Source: an uncultured Rivularia sp.
GTDB lineage: Bacteria > Cyanobacteriota > Cyanobacteriia > Cyanobacteriales > Nostocaceae
Reading direction: 5' to 3'
Assembly (NCBI GenBank): GCA_963665115.1
Contig: OY762007.1
Location: forward strand, 8,480,001 to 8,544,000
DNA: 64,000 bases
Of the stretch, positions 31,646-41,745 are shown piece after piece; position 1 is the first letter of the stretch, and each line of letters starts with the position of its first letter. The notes under the pieces were generated by a model. It saw only the letters and a list, made by a program, of their open reading frames with translations. It had not been told where the DNA came from and did no database searches. The position numbers and the translations under genes are program-made.

Positions 31646-33604
31646 ATGCAAGATTACCATAACACTAGAATAATTGGATTTGATTTAGGACATGGAGAAA
31701 CCGCTTTAACCTGGGTACGTGCCGATAATCAAGAGACAAATCCCCAAAGTTTATTAATCAATAATCGCAAAAGTCAAATAACTGCGATCGCGCATCATCC
31801 GCAACGGGGAATCATCATCGGTGAAATGGCTTGTCAGCTTGCAGATGCAACTCTTTTAGAAATCGCTTTTAAGACTAGAAAGTTTCAAGATTTATCTTAT
31901 CAAAAGACGATTGAAGAATTTGTCAACGCAATTTATCAGCATTTAATCGATACCAATCAAATTCAAACTGAAGACACCAATTACTTTTTTATCGGTTGCC
32001 CTTCGGGATGGTGGATAGAAGAAATTCAAAGCTACAAACAGATACTTTCCGAAACCGTACCGAATGCAACAGTTGTCAAAGAGTCGCGGGCTGCTTTGAT
32101 GCACGCCAAAGAAAGCGGTATTTTTACGATTCAAGAATTAGAAAAATCTGTATTAGTAATTGATATCGGTTCTTCCACAACTGATTATACCTTAGTTAAG
32201 GGAATGGCAGATACTCCTATTGATTTTGGACACGATTTAGGTGCATCGTTAATTGAAAAAGAAATTCTTAAAAAAACTCTAGAATTACATCGACAATATA
32301 GAGAGAAACGCGAAGACATTTTACATTTAGGAAAACACCTTAACGAAGAAGAAATTTGGACTTTAGAAGAAATTGAAAAATTAGAAACAATTTTCAAACA
32401 AAGTCCGATATATCGAAACCGTTGCGAGCTTCGCTGTCGTAAAGCCAAAGAAGAATATTTTAATTATCAAGATACTTATGAAGATGATTTTGTTAACGTT
32501 GGCAGCGAAGATATTCAGCGAAAGTTTAAATTTTCACCTTTGGTAAACGGGAAAATTCTGAACGCAATTCTTAATCAGCCTTTACAGCAATTAGATAATA
32601 AAAGCTGGCGCGATGACTTCGGCAATCAGTTGAAAATAGTCAAACGCAAATTAGAAGAACAATCTATCGTACCAAGTGCAATTTTACTAACTGGTAGCGC
32701 TTCAAAAATGGGTTTTGTTGTGGAAATGAGTCAAGAAATATTTCCCAACTTACCTAGTAAACGCGACGGTGAACCAGAATTATGCATTGCCAGGGGATTA
32801 GCTCGTTGGGGAAGGGTGTATATTCGTACATCCGGTTTTATGGATGAAATTAGCAAATTTTTGGATAACGAATTGACGGGAATTGTTGGAAATCACGTTC
32901 CCGCATTTTTAGATAAATTAGCAGAAGAATTAGCCAACGGTTTGGTAGAAGAAGTTGTAAAACCCTGCGTTAAATCTTGGAGAAATCGAGAAATTTTAAC
33001 GTTAAAAGCTTTAGAATTGGAAATTGAGAATAAAGCTAAAACTTGGTTAACGGGAAGCGATGGTAATGGTAAAGTCACCAAATGTTTATTAGCATGGTTG
33101 GGAAACGTGCAGGATGAAGTTAGAGAAAAAACTGATTCTATCTGTAGTAAATATGGTTTACCTTTAGGTACTTTTGGTAGTAAAACAATCGATCTTGGAG
33201 ATCATACCGGGAAAGTTCCTACATCCATTTCATTTGACGACTTGAGTGGACTTTCCGTATTTGTCGGACACCTTGTTGCAATTATAGTTGGTGTTGTCAT
33301 CGCCAGTTTATTCCACGTGATACTTTTTGCTGGAATAATTGCTCCAATTATCGGAATTGTTGCTTACTTCGCCGGTGAATCATTAGTTAAAGAAACAGAT
33401 ATTCCCGGTTTTGTACGTAAATTTGTTTCTGATAGTAGAATTAACGATTTAGCGGTTAAGAAAAAACCAGAATTGCAGCAGAAAATCTACGAAACATTAA
33501 CAAAAGATCCAACAATTGCGATTAAGTTGGGTAAATCAATTAGTGAATGGTTGAAAGAAACCGTGCAGGAACAAGCCGATAGAGCGCGGTTGTTGATTGC
33601 TTGA
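31646..33604 (+). CDS. Hsp70-type actin-fold ATPase with a helical, membrane-hairpin C-terminus
   Basis: GFDLGHGET, GCPSGW, KESRAAL, DIGSSTTD, RKAKE, LLTGSAS, PELCIARG; hydrophobic hairpin near the C-terminus. Confidence 0.8.
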   Translation: MQDYHNTRIIGFDLGHGETALTWVRADNQETNPQSLLINNRKSQITAIAHHPQRGIIIGEMACQLADATLLEIAFKTRKFQDLSYQKTIEEFVNAIYQHLIDTNQIQTEDTNYFFIGCPSGWWIEEIQSYKQILSETVPNATVVKESRAALMHAKESGIFTIQELEKSVLVIDIGSSTTDYTLVKGMADTPIDFGHDLGASLIEKEILKKTLELHRQYREKREDILHLGKHLNEEEIWTLEEIEKLETIFKQSPIYRNRCELRCRKAKEEYFNYQDTYEDDFVNVGSEDIQRKFKFSPLVNGKILNAILNQPLQQLDNKSWRDDFGNQLKIVKRKLEEQSIVPSAILLTGSASKMGFVVEMSQEIFPNLPSKRDGEPELCIARGLARWGRVYIRTSGFMDEISKFLDNELTGIVGNHVPAFLDKLAEELANGLVEEVVKPCVKSWRNREILTLKALELEIENKAKTWLTGSDGNGKVTKCLLAWLGNVQDEVREKTDSICSKYGLPLGTFGSKTIDLGDHTGKVPTSISFDDLSGLSVFVGHLVAIIVGVVIASLFHVILFAGIIAPIIGIVAYFAGESLVKETDIPGFVRKFVSDSRINDLAVKKKPELQQKIYETLTKDPTIAIKLGKSISEWLKETVQEQADRARLLIA

Positions 33605-33679
33605 TTTTAAGGTGGTAGATACGGGGAACTTTTCAATGTTATATAATAGATATCATAAATATTTTTTTGGCGAGAGAAA

Positions 33680-34006
33680 ATGAGAATTAATACTCTGCAC
33701 TTTGCCTCTTTCTTTTGTATCTATGGAACCTTCGCATCAGTAATTATTGGTGCAATGGGTACAGCTTTTGCAGAAACTACTCCACCAATGCCTAATCAAT
33801 CGGTATTAAATGGTTTGTATTCACCAACAGCCTCTGAGAGATTTTTTGAAGAAGGAAAACGCAAGATAGAAAGAGAAAGACGAATTTTAATTAATCCAGA
33901 AATTTATCGGCGCGAAGGTATTCTTAAGAACAATATAGTTAACAATAGAATCGAACAACTAGAGGAAACAAATCCAATTCTTAATTTTCCTAAAGATATG
34001 CAGTAA
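33680..34006 (+). CDS. Small secreted hypothetical protein
   Basis: Signal peptide ending AFA; SERFFEEG.RKIERE motif. Confidence 0.65.
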   Translation: MRINTLHFASFFCIYGTFASVIIGAMGTAFAETTPPMPNQSVLNGLYSPTASERFFEEGKRKIERERRILINPEIYRREGILKNNIVNNRIEQLEETNPILNFPKDMQ

Positions 34007-34307
34007 GAATTAAATTTTGATCTATTGTTCCGGCATATTAAATTTGAAAGGTACTAATTTAGTCCTATTTATAGGACTTTCGCTATGAGCCAGGGAATTG
34101 CATTCCCTGGCGGATTCGCTACACACCGCACAGAATTCATGTAGCGAACGAAATAGTAGTACTCCACCACATAAGTTATCAGGGGTAATCAAAATGTAGT
34201 GGGAGCGTCTCGCTCCCTCGTGACAACCAGCGAGCTTTCCGGCTCGCACTCCCGGATACCCGCACAATTAATGTAGCGAAATAGTAGGCTGCTACAAGTT
34301 AATTCAT

Positions 34308-34802
34308 TCAAGCTTCAACAAACTTCAAAGCCACCCCATTCATACAGTAGCGTTTGCCAGTAGGTTTGGGGCCATCGTTAAATACATGACCTAAATGTCC
34401 GCCGCAACTATGGCAATGAACTTCAGTACGTCTGATAAAAAACGAATTATCCGCCGACGTATCAGTTGCTCCCGGAATGGCAGCATAAAAACTAGGCCAA
34501 CCCGTACCGCTGTCGAATTTAGTTTCAGATTTAAACAGCGGTAAGTCACACCCAGCACAGATATAAGTACCCTTCGCATATTGTTTATCGAGCGAACTGC
34601 TGCGAGCGCGTTCGGTTCCATGTTCGCGCAACACGTAAAACTGGGCAGGTGTCAAAATTTCACGCCATTGTTCTTCAGTTTTAGTAATATCAAACTCACT
34701 AGAAGCAGTTGCTACAACTTGTGACTTACCAATTAAATATTGCGATAACCATGCCGTACCTAATATTACTCCTCCAGCTTCTAAAAAATATCTTCTTTTC
34801 AT
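34308..34802 (-). CDS. msrB: Methionine-R-sulfoxide reductase with a Tat signal
   Basis: KRRYFL twin-arginine leader; [28 protein letters not shown]. Confidence 0.92.
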   Translation of the reverse strand: MKRRYFLEAGGVILGTAWLSQYLIGKSQVVATASSEFDITKTEEQWREILTPAQFYVLREHGTERARSSSLDKQYAKGTYICAGCDLPLFKSETKFDSGTGWPSFYAAIPGATDTSADNSFFIRRTEVHCHSCGGHLGHVFNDGPKPTGKRYCMNGVALKFVEA

Positions 34803-34960
34803 AACGTCGGATTGCTTTTGTTTTCAGAGTTAACCCAATACCAGTGTAAGCACTATCGCGCTCGTCTTACCCAAGTAAATAATTAAAATCAGATAAGAAT
34901 TATGCAGCTAAACTCTAAACTATAACACCATATAATTAACTAAAATTCCGGTCTCAACTC

Positions 34961-35536
34961 ATGCTCAACCTTACCGTTACCATTCCTCAAGCCTTCAAAG
35001 TCACTCACGAACAATTTAAAGAATTAGCAAGTGCCAATCGCGATCTAAGATTAGAACGAACCGAAAAAGGAGAATTAATCATAATGGCTCCAACAGGAAG
35101 CGAAACGGGAAAAAGAAACACTGATATTATTGGACAATTATGGTTTTGGAATCGCAAAACAAAATTAGGAGTAGTATTTGATTCATCTACAGGATTTCAT
35201 TTACCTAACAGTGCAGATCGTTCTCCAGATGCGTCTTGGATAAAGTTGTCACGTTGGGAAGCATTGACAGCGGAAGAACAAAAGGGTTTTGCTCCTATAT
35301 GTCCCGATTTTGTTGTGGAATTACGCTCTGCTTCCGATAATATGAAGCCTTTACGAGAAAAGATGCAGGAATATATTCAAAATGGAGCAAAATTGGGCTG
35401 GTTAATTGACCGTAAGAATCGCAAAGTAGAAGTATACAGACAAGGTTTTGATGTCGAAATATTAGATAATCCCGCTTCTTTATCGGGTGAGGATATATTA
35501 CCAGGATTTGTTTTAGATTTAGCTGAAGTTTGGTAG
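34961..35536 (+). CDS. Uma2 family endonuclease
   Basis: DSSTGF, RSPDASW, CPDFVVELRS, LSGEDILPGF. Confidence 0.9.
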   Translation: MLNLTVTIPQAFKVTHEQFKELASANRDLRLERTEKGELIIMAPTGSETGKRNTDIIGQLWFWNRKTKLGVVFDSSTGFHLPNSADRSPDASWIKLSRWEALTAEEQKGFAPICPDFVVELRSASDNMKPLREKMQEYIQNGAKLGWLIDRKNRKVEVYRQGFDVEILDNPASLSGEDILPGFVLDLAEVW

Positions 35537-35700
35537 TTTTGTATCTCTTCAGTTAATAATATTCGATACATATAAAATATTACCCTAATGGGTACTGCAT
35601 AATGAAGTTTTTTGTAACATACTTAATATATAAGCGATCAAAGCTTGATTTGAATAGCTGTTAAAAACTATCAATTAAACTCGATAAAAGGTAATTTATT

Positions 35701-37197
35701 ATGTCTAGACTTCATGGATTCAGTTCTCGTAATGGTGAGAGTCAACCTTTAGGTGAATTTGCACAAACTGGTAAATTCGGAAGGATGTTTCCTCGATTGC
35801 GTCCTTTTACACCCTCGGCGGAAAGTTTGACTGAGTTGGGTAATGCAATGAATGATATAGATTCCAACTCTACTGAGGGTGATAATAAAAATGTACCCGC
35901 AGGTTATACCTATTTAGGTCAGTTTATCGACCACGATATTACTTTTGATACTACTGCTTTACAGGAAGTTTTAGTCGATCCATTAGCGGTGAGAAACTTT
36001 CGTACTCCACGATTAGATTTGGATAGCGTCTATGGTGGTGGCCCGAAAACTCAAAGATATCTATACCAAGTGGGTGACAACGATTTATTCTTGATTGGGA
36101 AAACAAATAGGGAACCCGGAGGTGGAGATAGTTCTATTCCTACAGAATTACCCAACGATCTTCCTCGTGCTTCTAGTAAACTTGCGATTGTCGGAGATCC
36201 TCGCAACGATGAAAATTTGATTGTTGCTCAAACACATTTAGCTTTTCTCAAGTTTCACAACAAGATAGTTAAGGGTATTAAAGATGGTACTATCCAGCCG
36301 ATAAGTTCTACCGATAAGTCTGTTTTTGAGCAGGCTAGAGAGTTAGTTCTTTGGCACTATCAGTGGATTGTATTAAACGACTTTTTAACTCGAATTATCG
36401 ATGTAGCACAGCTAGAAGTTGCATTGCATAAGGGTAGACGCTTCTTTAGATTTAGAGAAGAACCATTTATTCCCGTAGAGTTTTCCGTTGCTGCTTACCG
36501 TCTCGGTCACAGTATGGTGCGTGCTGATTACGACTTCAATCGGGTTTTCACTCCTCGCCCCGGTGGAGTTACTCCTGCAACTTTACAACTACTGTTTCAA
36601 TTCACTGCTGAATCAGGAAACTTAGTTCCTATCCCCAGTGACTGGATTATCGATTGGAGAAGGTTCTATGAAATAGATGCGAATGTACCAGTTAACTTTA
36701 GTCGCAAACTAGATCCATTCTTGGTTGAGCCTCTGAAAATGATACCCAATATTCCCGAACCTCGTTCTCTCGCTGTAAGAAATCTACTTAGAAGCCGCAG
36801 CCTTGGTTTACCATCAGGTCAAAGTGTAGCTAGATTGATGAGATTTAAGCCTTTGACTAAAGCAGAAATCTCTACCGGAGCAGATGGAATAGTTGCTGAA
36901 AAACACAATTTTCACATAGAATCTCCACTGTGGTACTACATCCTTAAAGAAGCCCAAATTCAACAGGAAGGAAATCGTTTGGGACAGGTAGGAAGCCGTA
37001 TTTTAGCCGAAGTATTTGTCGGACTTCTCAAAGCTGATAGCAGTTCTTTCTTAGCTTGTCATCCTGATTGGCAACCAACATTACCTGCTCAAAATCCTGG
37101 AACCTTCACCATGAGCGACTTATTAAACTTTGTCGGAGAACTTAATCCAATTGGCGAACGCACTGCTAATATTTCTTCACCTGTAGCTGTTGGTTAG
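35701..37197 (+). CDS. Heme peroxidase (peroxidase-cyclooxygenase superfamily)
   Basis: GQFIDHDIT distal His, GDPRNDEN, AYRLGHSMV proximal His, PLWYYILKEA. Confidence 0.88.
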   Translation: MSRLHGFSSRNGESQPLGEFAQTGKFGRMFPRLRPFTPSAESLTELGNAMNDIDSNSTEGDNKNVPAGYTYLGQFIDHDITFDTTALQEVLVDPLAVRNFRTPRLDLDSVYGGGPKTQRYLYQVGDNDLFLIGKTNREPGGGDSSIPTELPNDLPRASSKLAIVGDPRNDENLIVAQTHLAFLKFHNKIVKGIKDGTIQPISSTDKSVFEQARELVLWHYQWIVLNDFLTRIIDVAQLEVALHKGRRFFRFREEPFIPVEFSVAAYRLGHSMVRADYDFNRVFTPRPGGVTPATLQLLFQFTAESGNLVPIPSDWIIDWRRFYEIDANVPVNFSRKLDPFLVEPLKMIPNIPEPRSLAVRNLLRSRSLGLPSGQSVARLMRFKPLTKAEISTGADGIVAEKHNFHIESPLWYYILKEAQIQQEGNRLGQVGSRILAEVFVGLLKADSSSFLACHPDWQPTLPAQNPGTFTMSDLLNFVGELNPIGERTANISSPVAVG

Positions 37198-37330
37198 GAA
37201 AATAAAGCAACTATTGATTGTGACAAATTATTTTGTAGAGACGTGAAATTTCACGTCTCTATATTTAACGGGATAACACAAAATTCGAAGAACGAAAGTG
37301 AACCCCAATTACCGTAAAATTAATTAAGAA

Positions 37331-37744
37331 TCAACCAACTTCGGGCTTAAACTCTAACGAAACACCATTCATACAGTAGCGCTGTCCGGTAGGTTTCGGG
37401 CCATCACCAAATACATGACCCAAATGTCCACCGCAGTTACTGCAATGAACTTCAGTTCTAGTCATGAACAACTTTTTATCAACCGATGTCTCAACTGCAT
37501 CATCCATAGGTGCGTAGAAACTAGGCCAGCCAGTACCGCTATTAAACTTAGTTTCCGAAGTAAAAAGAGGTTGCCCGCAAGCTGCACATACGTAAGTTCC
37601 TTGGTCATAAGTTTTATCCAAAGGACTCGTACCAGCAGGTTCAGTACCGTGCTTCCGCAACACCTTAAACTGTTCTGGTGTCAACTCTTGCTTCCACTCA
37701 TCTTCAGATTTATTAACTTTGAATTCACTATTTGAAATTGTCAT
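37331..37744 (-). CDS. msrB: Cytoplasmic methionine-R-sulfoxide reductase
   Basis: [28 protein letters not shown]; no signal peptide. Confidence 0.92.
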   Translation of the reverse strand: MTISNSEFKVNKSEDEWKQELTPEQFKVLRKHGTEPAGTSPLDKTYDQGTYVCAACGQPLFTSETKFNSGTGWPSFYAPMDDAVETSVDKKLFMTRTEVHCSNCGGHLGHVFGDGPKPTGQRYCMNGVSLEFKPEVG

Positions 37745-38022
37745 AATTACCGAAATTCCGAAATAAATAACCTAATAATTATATTTAACCGCAATAATTT
37801 GTAACAAAACACTATCTCAGGTAAGGAAGAGGGGGGAAGATGGGGTAGAGTTAGGAGTTATAAGTTAGGAGTTAGGAGTTAGGAGTTATTTGATTTTAAC
37901 AACGGATGCTTTTGTGCAGGGATATTTGATTTGAAGTTGAAAGTTAACATTTAATATTTTTTCTCCCCCCTCTCCCCCTCTACCCCCTCTCCCCCCTCTC
38001 CCCCCTCTCCATACCCAATTCC

Positions 38023-38313
38023 CTATTCCCCGCTCATAATTTTCGGTACTTTGAAATATTCTCCTTCTTGTTCTGGGGCACTTTGGAGGATTTCTTCTCT
38101 ATTGGGGTAAGGCTGTAAATTGTCTTCGCGTGTCACATTGCTGACATCGATTGCTCGGGTTGTGGGTTCTACGTCGGTAACGTCTAATTCGCTCAATTGC
38201 TCGAAATAATCTAAAATATCGCCTAATTGAGTGGTGAATTGATCTTCTTCTTCCGCTGTTAATTCTAAACGGGCAAGATGAGCTACTTTACGTACTTGTT
38301 CGCGGTCAATCAT
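38023..38313 (-). CDS. gatC: Asp/Glu-tRNA amidotransferase subunit C
   Basis: VRKVAHLARL...NVTRED...YFKVPKI. Confidence 0.95.
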   Translation of the reverse strand: MIDREQVRKVAHLARLELTAEEEDQFTTQLGDILDYFEQLSELDVTDVEPTTRAIDVSNVTREDNLQPYPNREEILQSAPEQEGEYFKVPKIMSGE

Positions 38314-38596
38314 GGTTTTTGAACGATCAATGAAGAATTAAATATTCGATAGTTAATCATAAATCAATATAAGACAAACGGGTAAAATGTCCATACCACA
38401 AAAATCCTATAGACTCTTACGGTACAGGCATCTTGCCCGTTTTTAATATCTTAGACTAATTTATTTTTGCGATTAAAAGCGGCTTAGTATTCGATCGCAT
38501 TAATCTTGATGGGTTAACGCACTACGAATGTATTACTCCTCAGAACTAATGAGACAGACCACTAACAACTAACCACTAACAACTAACCACTAACCA

Positions 38597-39118
38597 CTAA
38601 AAATATACGTCAATTTGCGATCGCCCTGTAGTCTTGAGCCAGTTTTGCGCTTCGATGTAGTTATTGGGAGCCATGCGAACAGCTCGAATCCAGTAGTCGG
38701 CGGCTCGATCGAATAATGCTTCTCCCCCATCGCGATCGCCACCTTCTATGGCTTTTTCACCTTTGTAGTGAAAAATAACGGCGATGTTGTTTAAAGCTTG
38801 AGGTAAACGGGGATTATATTCTACTGCTTGGTGATATAGCTCCAGTGCTTTCTCATGGTCGCCGTTACTAGCGTAGATCAGCCCCATATTGTAGAGGATA
38901 TAGCTCTTATCGTTAGTATCTTCTTCTAGTTCTAAAGCTTCCTCATAGTTTTCCAAAGCTTCAGCATATTCACCGTCTGCTTGGGCTGACATTCCATCCC
39001 GATAATAAACAAAAGCTTCTTTGGCTCTTTTGTTCGCTGGCAGAAGCTTTAATATAAGGTCTGCCATTACTGTAAAGGACTTATCGATAAAATTATCGTT
39101 CTTTTGAGTTCTTGGCAT
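38597..39118 (-). CDS. ycf3: Photosystem I assembly protein Ycf3
   Basis: [39 protein letters not shown]. Confidence 0.96.
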   Translation of the reverse strand: MPRTQKNDNFIDKSFTVMADLILKLLPANKRAKEAFVYYRDGMSAQADGEYAEALENYEEALELEEDTNDKSYILYNMGLIYASNGDHEKALELYHQAVEYNPRLPQALNNIAVIFHYKGEKAIEGGDRDGGEALFDRAADYWIRAVRMAPNNYIEAQNWLKTTGRSQIDVYF

Positions 39119-39217
39119 ATCTGACAATAATTATGGTGGTAACTTTAACTACTAACTATTAACTGGTCACTGATAACTGTTAACTGTTAACTGTTAATAG
39201 CTAATTTAACCAAAAAA

Positions 39218-39919
39218 TTACCCATTTTCTGTTAATTTTTCTCTCCCGAGGGGCGTAATGCACTCGGCACTGGTATGAAGCGGATTATTAACTTTTGTGC
39301 TGACTGCGGTCATTGTCATTTTCTCGGCTTCAAATGGATGTAGTAGTTCCTTTAGTAGTTCAGTTTTGTGTAGCTGCGGATCTAGCCATGTTTCATAATC
39401 CGACTGCTGGAGAATCACCGGCATTCTATGGTGAATTGGTTGTAATAATTCGTTCGCTTCTGTGGTAACAATTGTACAAGAAGTTATCTTTTCGTCTTCG
39501 GGAGATTGCCATTCTTCCCACAAGCCAGCAAAGGCGAAAGGCTGTTTATCTTCTAGTTGAAAATAATATGGCTGTTTTTTCGTTTCGACTTTCTTCCATT
39601 CGTAAAAGCCATCCGCAATTATTAAGCAGCGTCTGCGTTTAAAAGCAGAACGAAAAGAAGGTTTTTCTGCCAATGTTTCCGCTCTGGCATTGATCGTTCT
39701 CGCTGCCATCTTAGAATCTTTTGACCATGAAGGAATCAACCCCCAACGGAGCGATCGACATTCGCTTTTTTCGTTTTCGGGATTATATAAAACAGTCGCG
39801 ATGTTTTGCGTTGGTGCAATATTATATCGGGCTTCCCACTGACAGTTACTTGTATCCGAAATATCAAAAATTTCCTTTAACTTGTCAGGTTCTGCGATCA
39901 AAGTAAATCTTCCGCACAT
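39218..39919 (-). CDS. SRAP/HMCES (YedK-like) abasic-site protecting protein
   Basis: N-terminal MCGRF, RYNIAPTQ, INARAET, GFYEW, IHHRMPV. Confidence 0.92.
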   Translation of the reverse strand: MCGRFTLIAEPDKLKEIFDISDTSNCQWEARYNIAPTQNIATVLYNPENEKSECRSLRWGLIPSWSKDSKMAARTINARAETLAEKPSFRSAFKRRRCLIIADGFYEWKKVETKKQPYYFQLEDKQPFAFAGLWEEWQSPEDEKITSCTIVTTEANELLQPIHHRMPVILQQSDYETWLDPQLHKTELLKELLHPFEAEKMTMTAVSTKVNNPLHTSAECITPLGREKLTENG

Positions 39920-40413
39920 ATGACTGTCAACTCTTGATTCTATATGTCTATTTAAATACCTATGATAAATTATCTTTTTTACAAAATCGGAGAATAACTA
40001 CATAGATAAAATAATCCACCCAAAGGAGTAATTAAATATGTCAATTATTATATAAGGAGAGGAAAAAAGGAATAGGGAACAGGCAATATAGAATGTACTA
40101 TGCCGTTGTAAAACAGGCTTCGTTAACAAGAATCTATTTAGAGTTCTATATAGCTTGTAAAACGATACGTATTCCTCAAAAGAACGAGTTATAAATATGT
40201 CATCATCATTGGTATTTAAAAATTAACTAATATCCGTATATCCGTCAAACAATCATCAAAACATAACTTTTCTAGATCAAAAATATTTTTTATATAATTT
40301 TATACGCTATTATATATATTCTAAAAGTTTTATAATTTATGTTCTGTTTGTAAGGCAATCTATTGTAATTTAAGTCTTGACTGAATAATCATTCCACTTT
40401 TATATTTTTTAGC

Positions 40414-41025
40414 ATGGAAACGCTGCGTTTGTATGATTTCTTACCTTCGGGTAATGGCTACAAAATACGTTTGCTATTGACGCAAATTGGTATGCCATTT
40501 GAACGAATAGAGATAAATATATTAAAAGGAGAAAGTAGAGCCTCGGAATTTTTAAGCATAAATCCCAACGGTAAAATACCAGTTTTAGAAATTGAAGAGG
40601 GTAAATACTTAGCCGAGTCAAATGCAATATTAATGTATGTCAGCGAAGGAACAGAATTTCTTCCTTACGACCGTTTTTTTAAAGCAGAAGTATTGCAATG
40701 GTTATTTTTTGAACAATACAGCCACGAGCCATTTATAGCTACATCTAGATATTGGATTTCTATTTTAGGTAAAGCGGATGAATATAAACAAGCATTACAA
40801 GAAAAACACGAACGCGGTTACGCAGCACTTGAAGTAATGGAAACTCATTTAACCGAGAAAACTTTCTTTGTGGGAGAACGTTATACGATTGCCGATATTG
40901 CTTTATTCGCTTATACCCACGTTGCGGGTGAAGGAGGATTTGATTTAAGTAAATTCAAAGCAATTCAGGCTTGGATAGAAAGAATTAAAGCGCAGCCAAG
41001 ATTTATTGGTATTGATAAAAAGTGA
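40414..41025 (+). CDS. Glutathione S-transferase
   Basis: SGNGYK, NPNGKIPVL, ESNAIL, TIADIAL. Confidence 0.92.
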   Translation: METLRLYDFLPSGNGYKIRLLLTQIGMPFERIEINILKGESRASEFLSINPNGKIPVLEIEEGKYLAESNAILMYVSEGTEFLPYDRFFKAEVLQWLFFEQYSHEPFIATSRYWISILGKADEYKQALQEKHERGYAALEVMETHLTEKTFFVGERYTIADIALFAYTHVAGEGGFDLSKFKAIQAWIERIKAQPRFIGIDKK

Positions 41026-41105
41026 GAGGATGGGGTTCGGGGGAGATGGGGAGACAAGTAGTAGAAAATTCATTCCTGAATTCTTAAACTCCTAACTCCT
41101 AACTC

Positions 41106-41546
41106 CTAACTTTTTTTCAACATAGTGACATGAAGTACGCCTGTCTTTTTTGACGGATATTCCCGGCTAACAACTTCAAAACCGAATTTACGATAAAAAT
41201 CAATTGCGGTAGTACGTGCTTCTAAAATAATTGCTTGCGCTTGTTCTGTTGTGGCTTTGTCAATTAAAGCTTGCATTATCGTTTTACCAAAACCTTTTTT
41301 CTGGTAACTTGGCTCAACTACCATCTGATGTATTTGATAGACTTTATTTTCTCCAGGTTTTAATATTCCGTAAGCAATCACTTTATCTGTATCATCTGTT
41401 TTAATAACCGCGTGGAAACAGATAGATTCGCAATAATAATATATTGTGGAAAATGGTAAATTATGCTCTGTAAAAAATAGTTTATATCTGAGTTTGCAAG
41501 CTTGGATATATTCGGGGCTGTTGATGTCGATAAATTTAAGCTGCAT
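41106..41546 (-). CDS. GNAT N-acetyltransferase
   Basis: MVVEPSYQKKGFG acetyl-CoA motif; AIDFYRKFGF. Confidence 0.88.
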   Translation of the reverse strand: MQLKFIDINSPEYIQACKLRYKLFFTEHNLPFSTIYYYCESICFHAVIKTDDTDKVIAYGILKPGENKVYQIHQMVVEPSYQKKGFGKTIMQALIDKATTEQAQAIILEARTTAIDFYRKFGFEVVSREYPSKKTGVLHVTMLKKS

Positions 41547-41745
41547 TTATTCACTTATCAATTATCAATTGAGATGGTCACAAAATTGTTAAAAAATAAT
41601 AGTAATACTCTACTACATAAATTGCCAAGGGTAATAAAGGTAAGTAGTAAGCGATTTATCACTCGGATTTGAGACTAAAGTTCTTACTACTAACCTTTCA
41701 TATTTAAAAGCAGTTCAATTTAAAATTTTAGATTTTGGACTATTT

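Noticed and set aside
40022..40056. AAGGAG followed by the mini-ORF MSIII
   Set aside because: Too short, with no attenuator structure or other support
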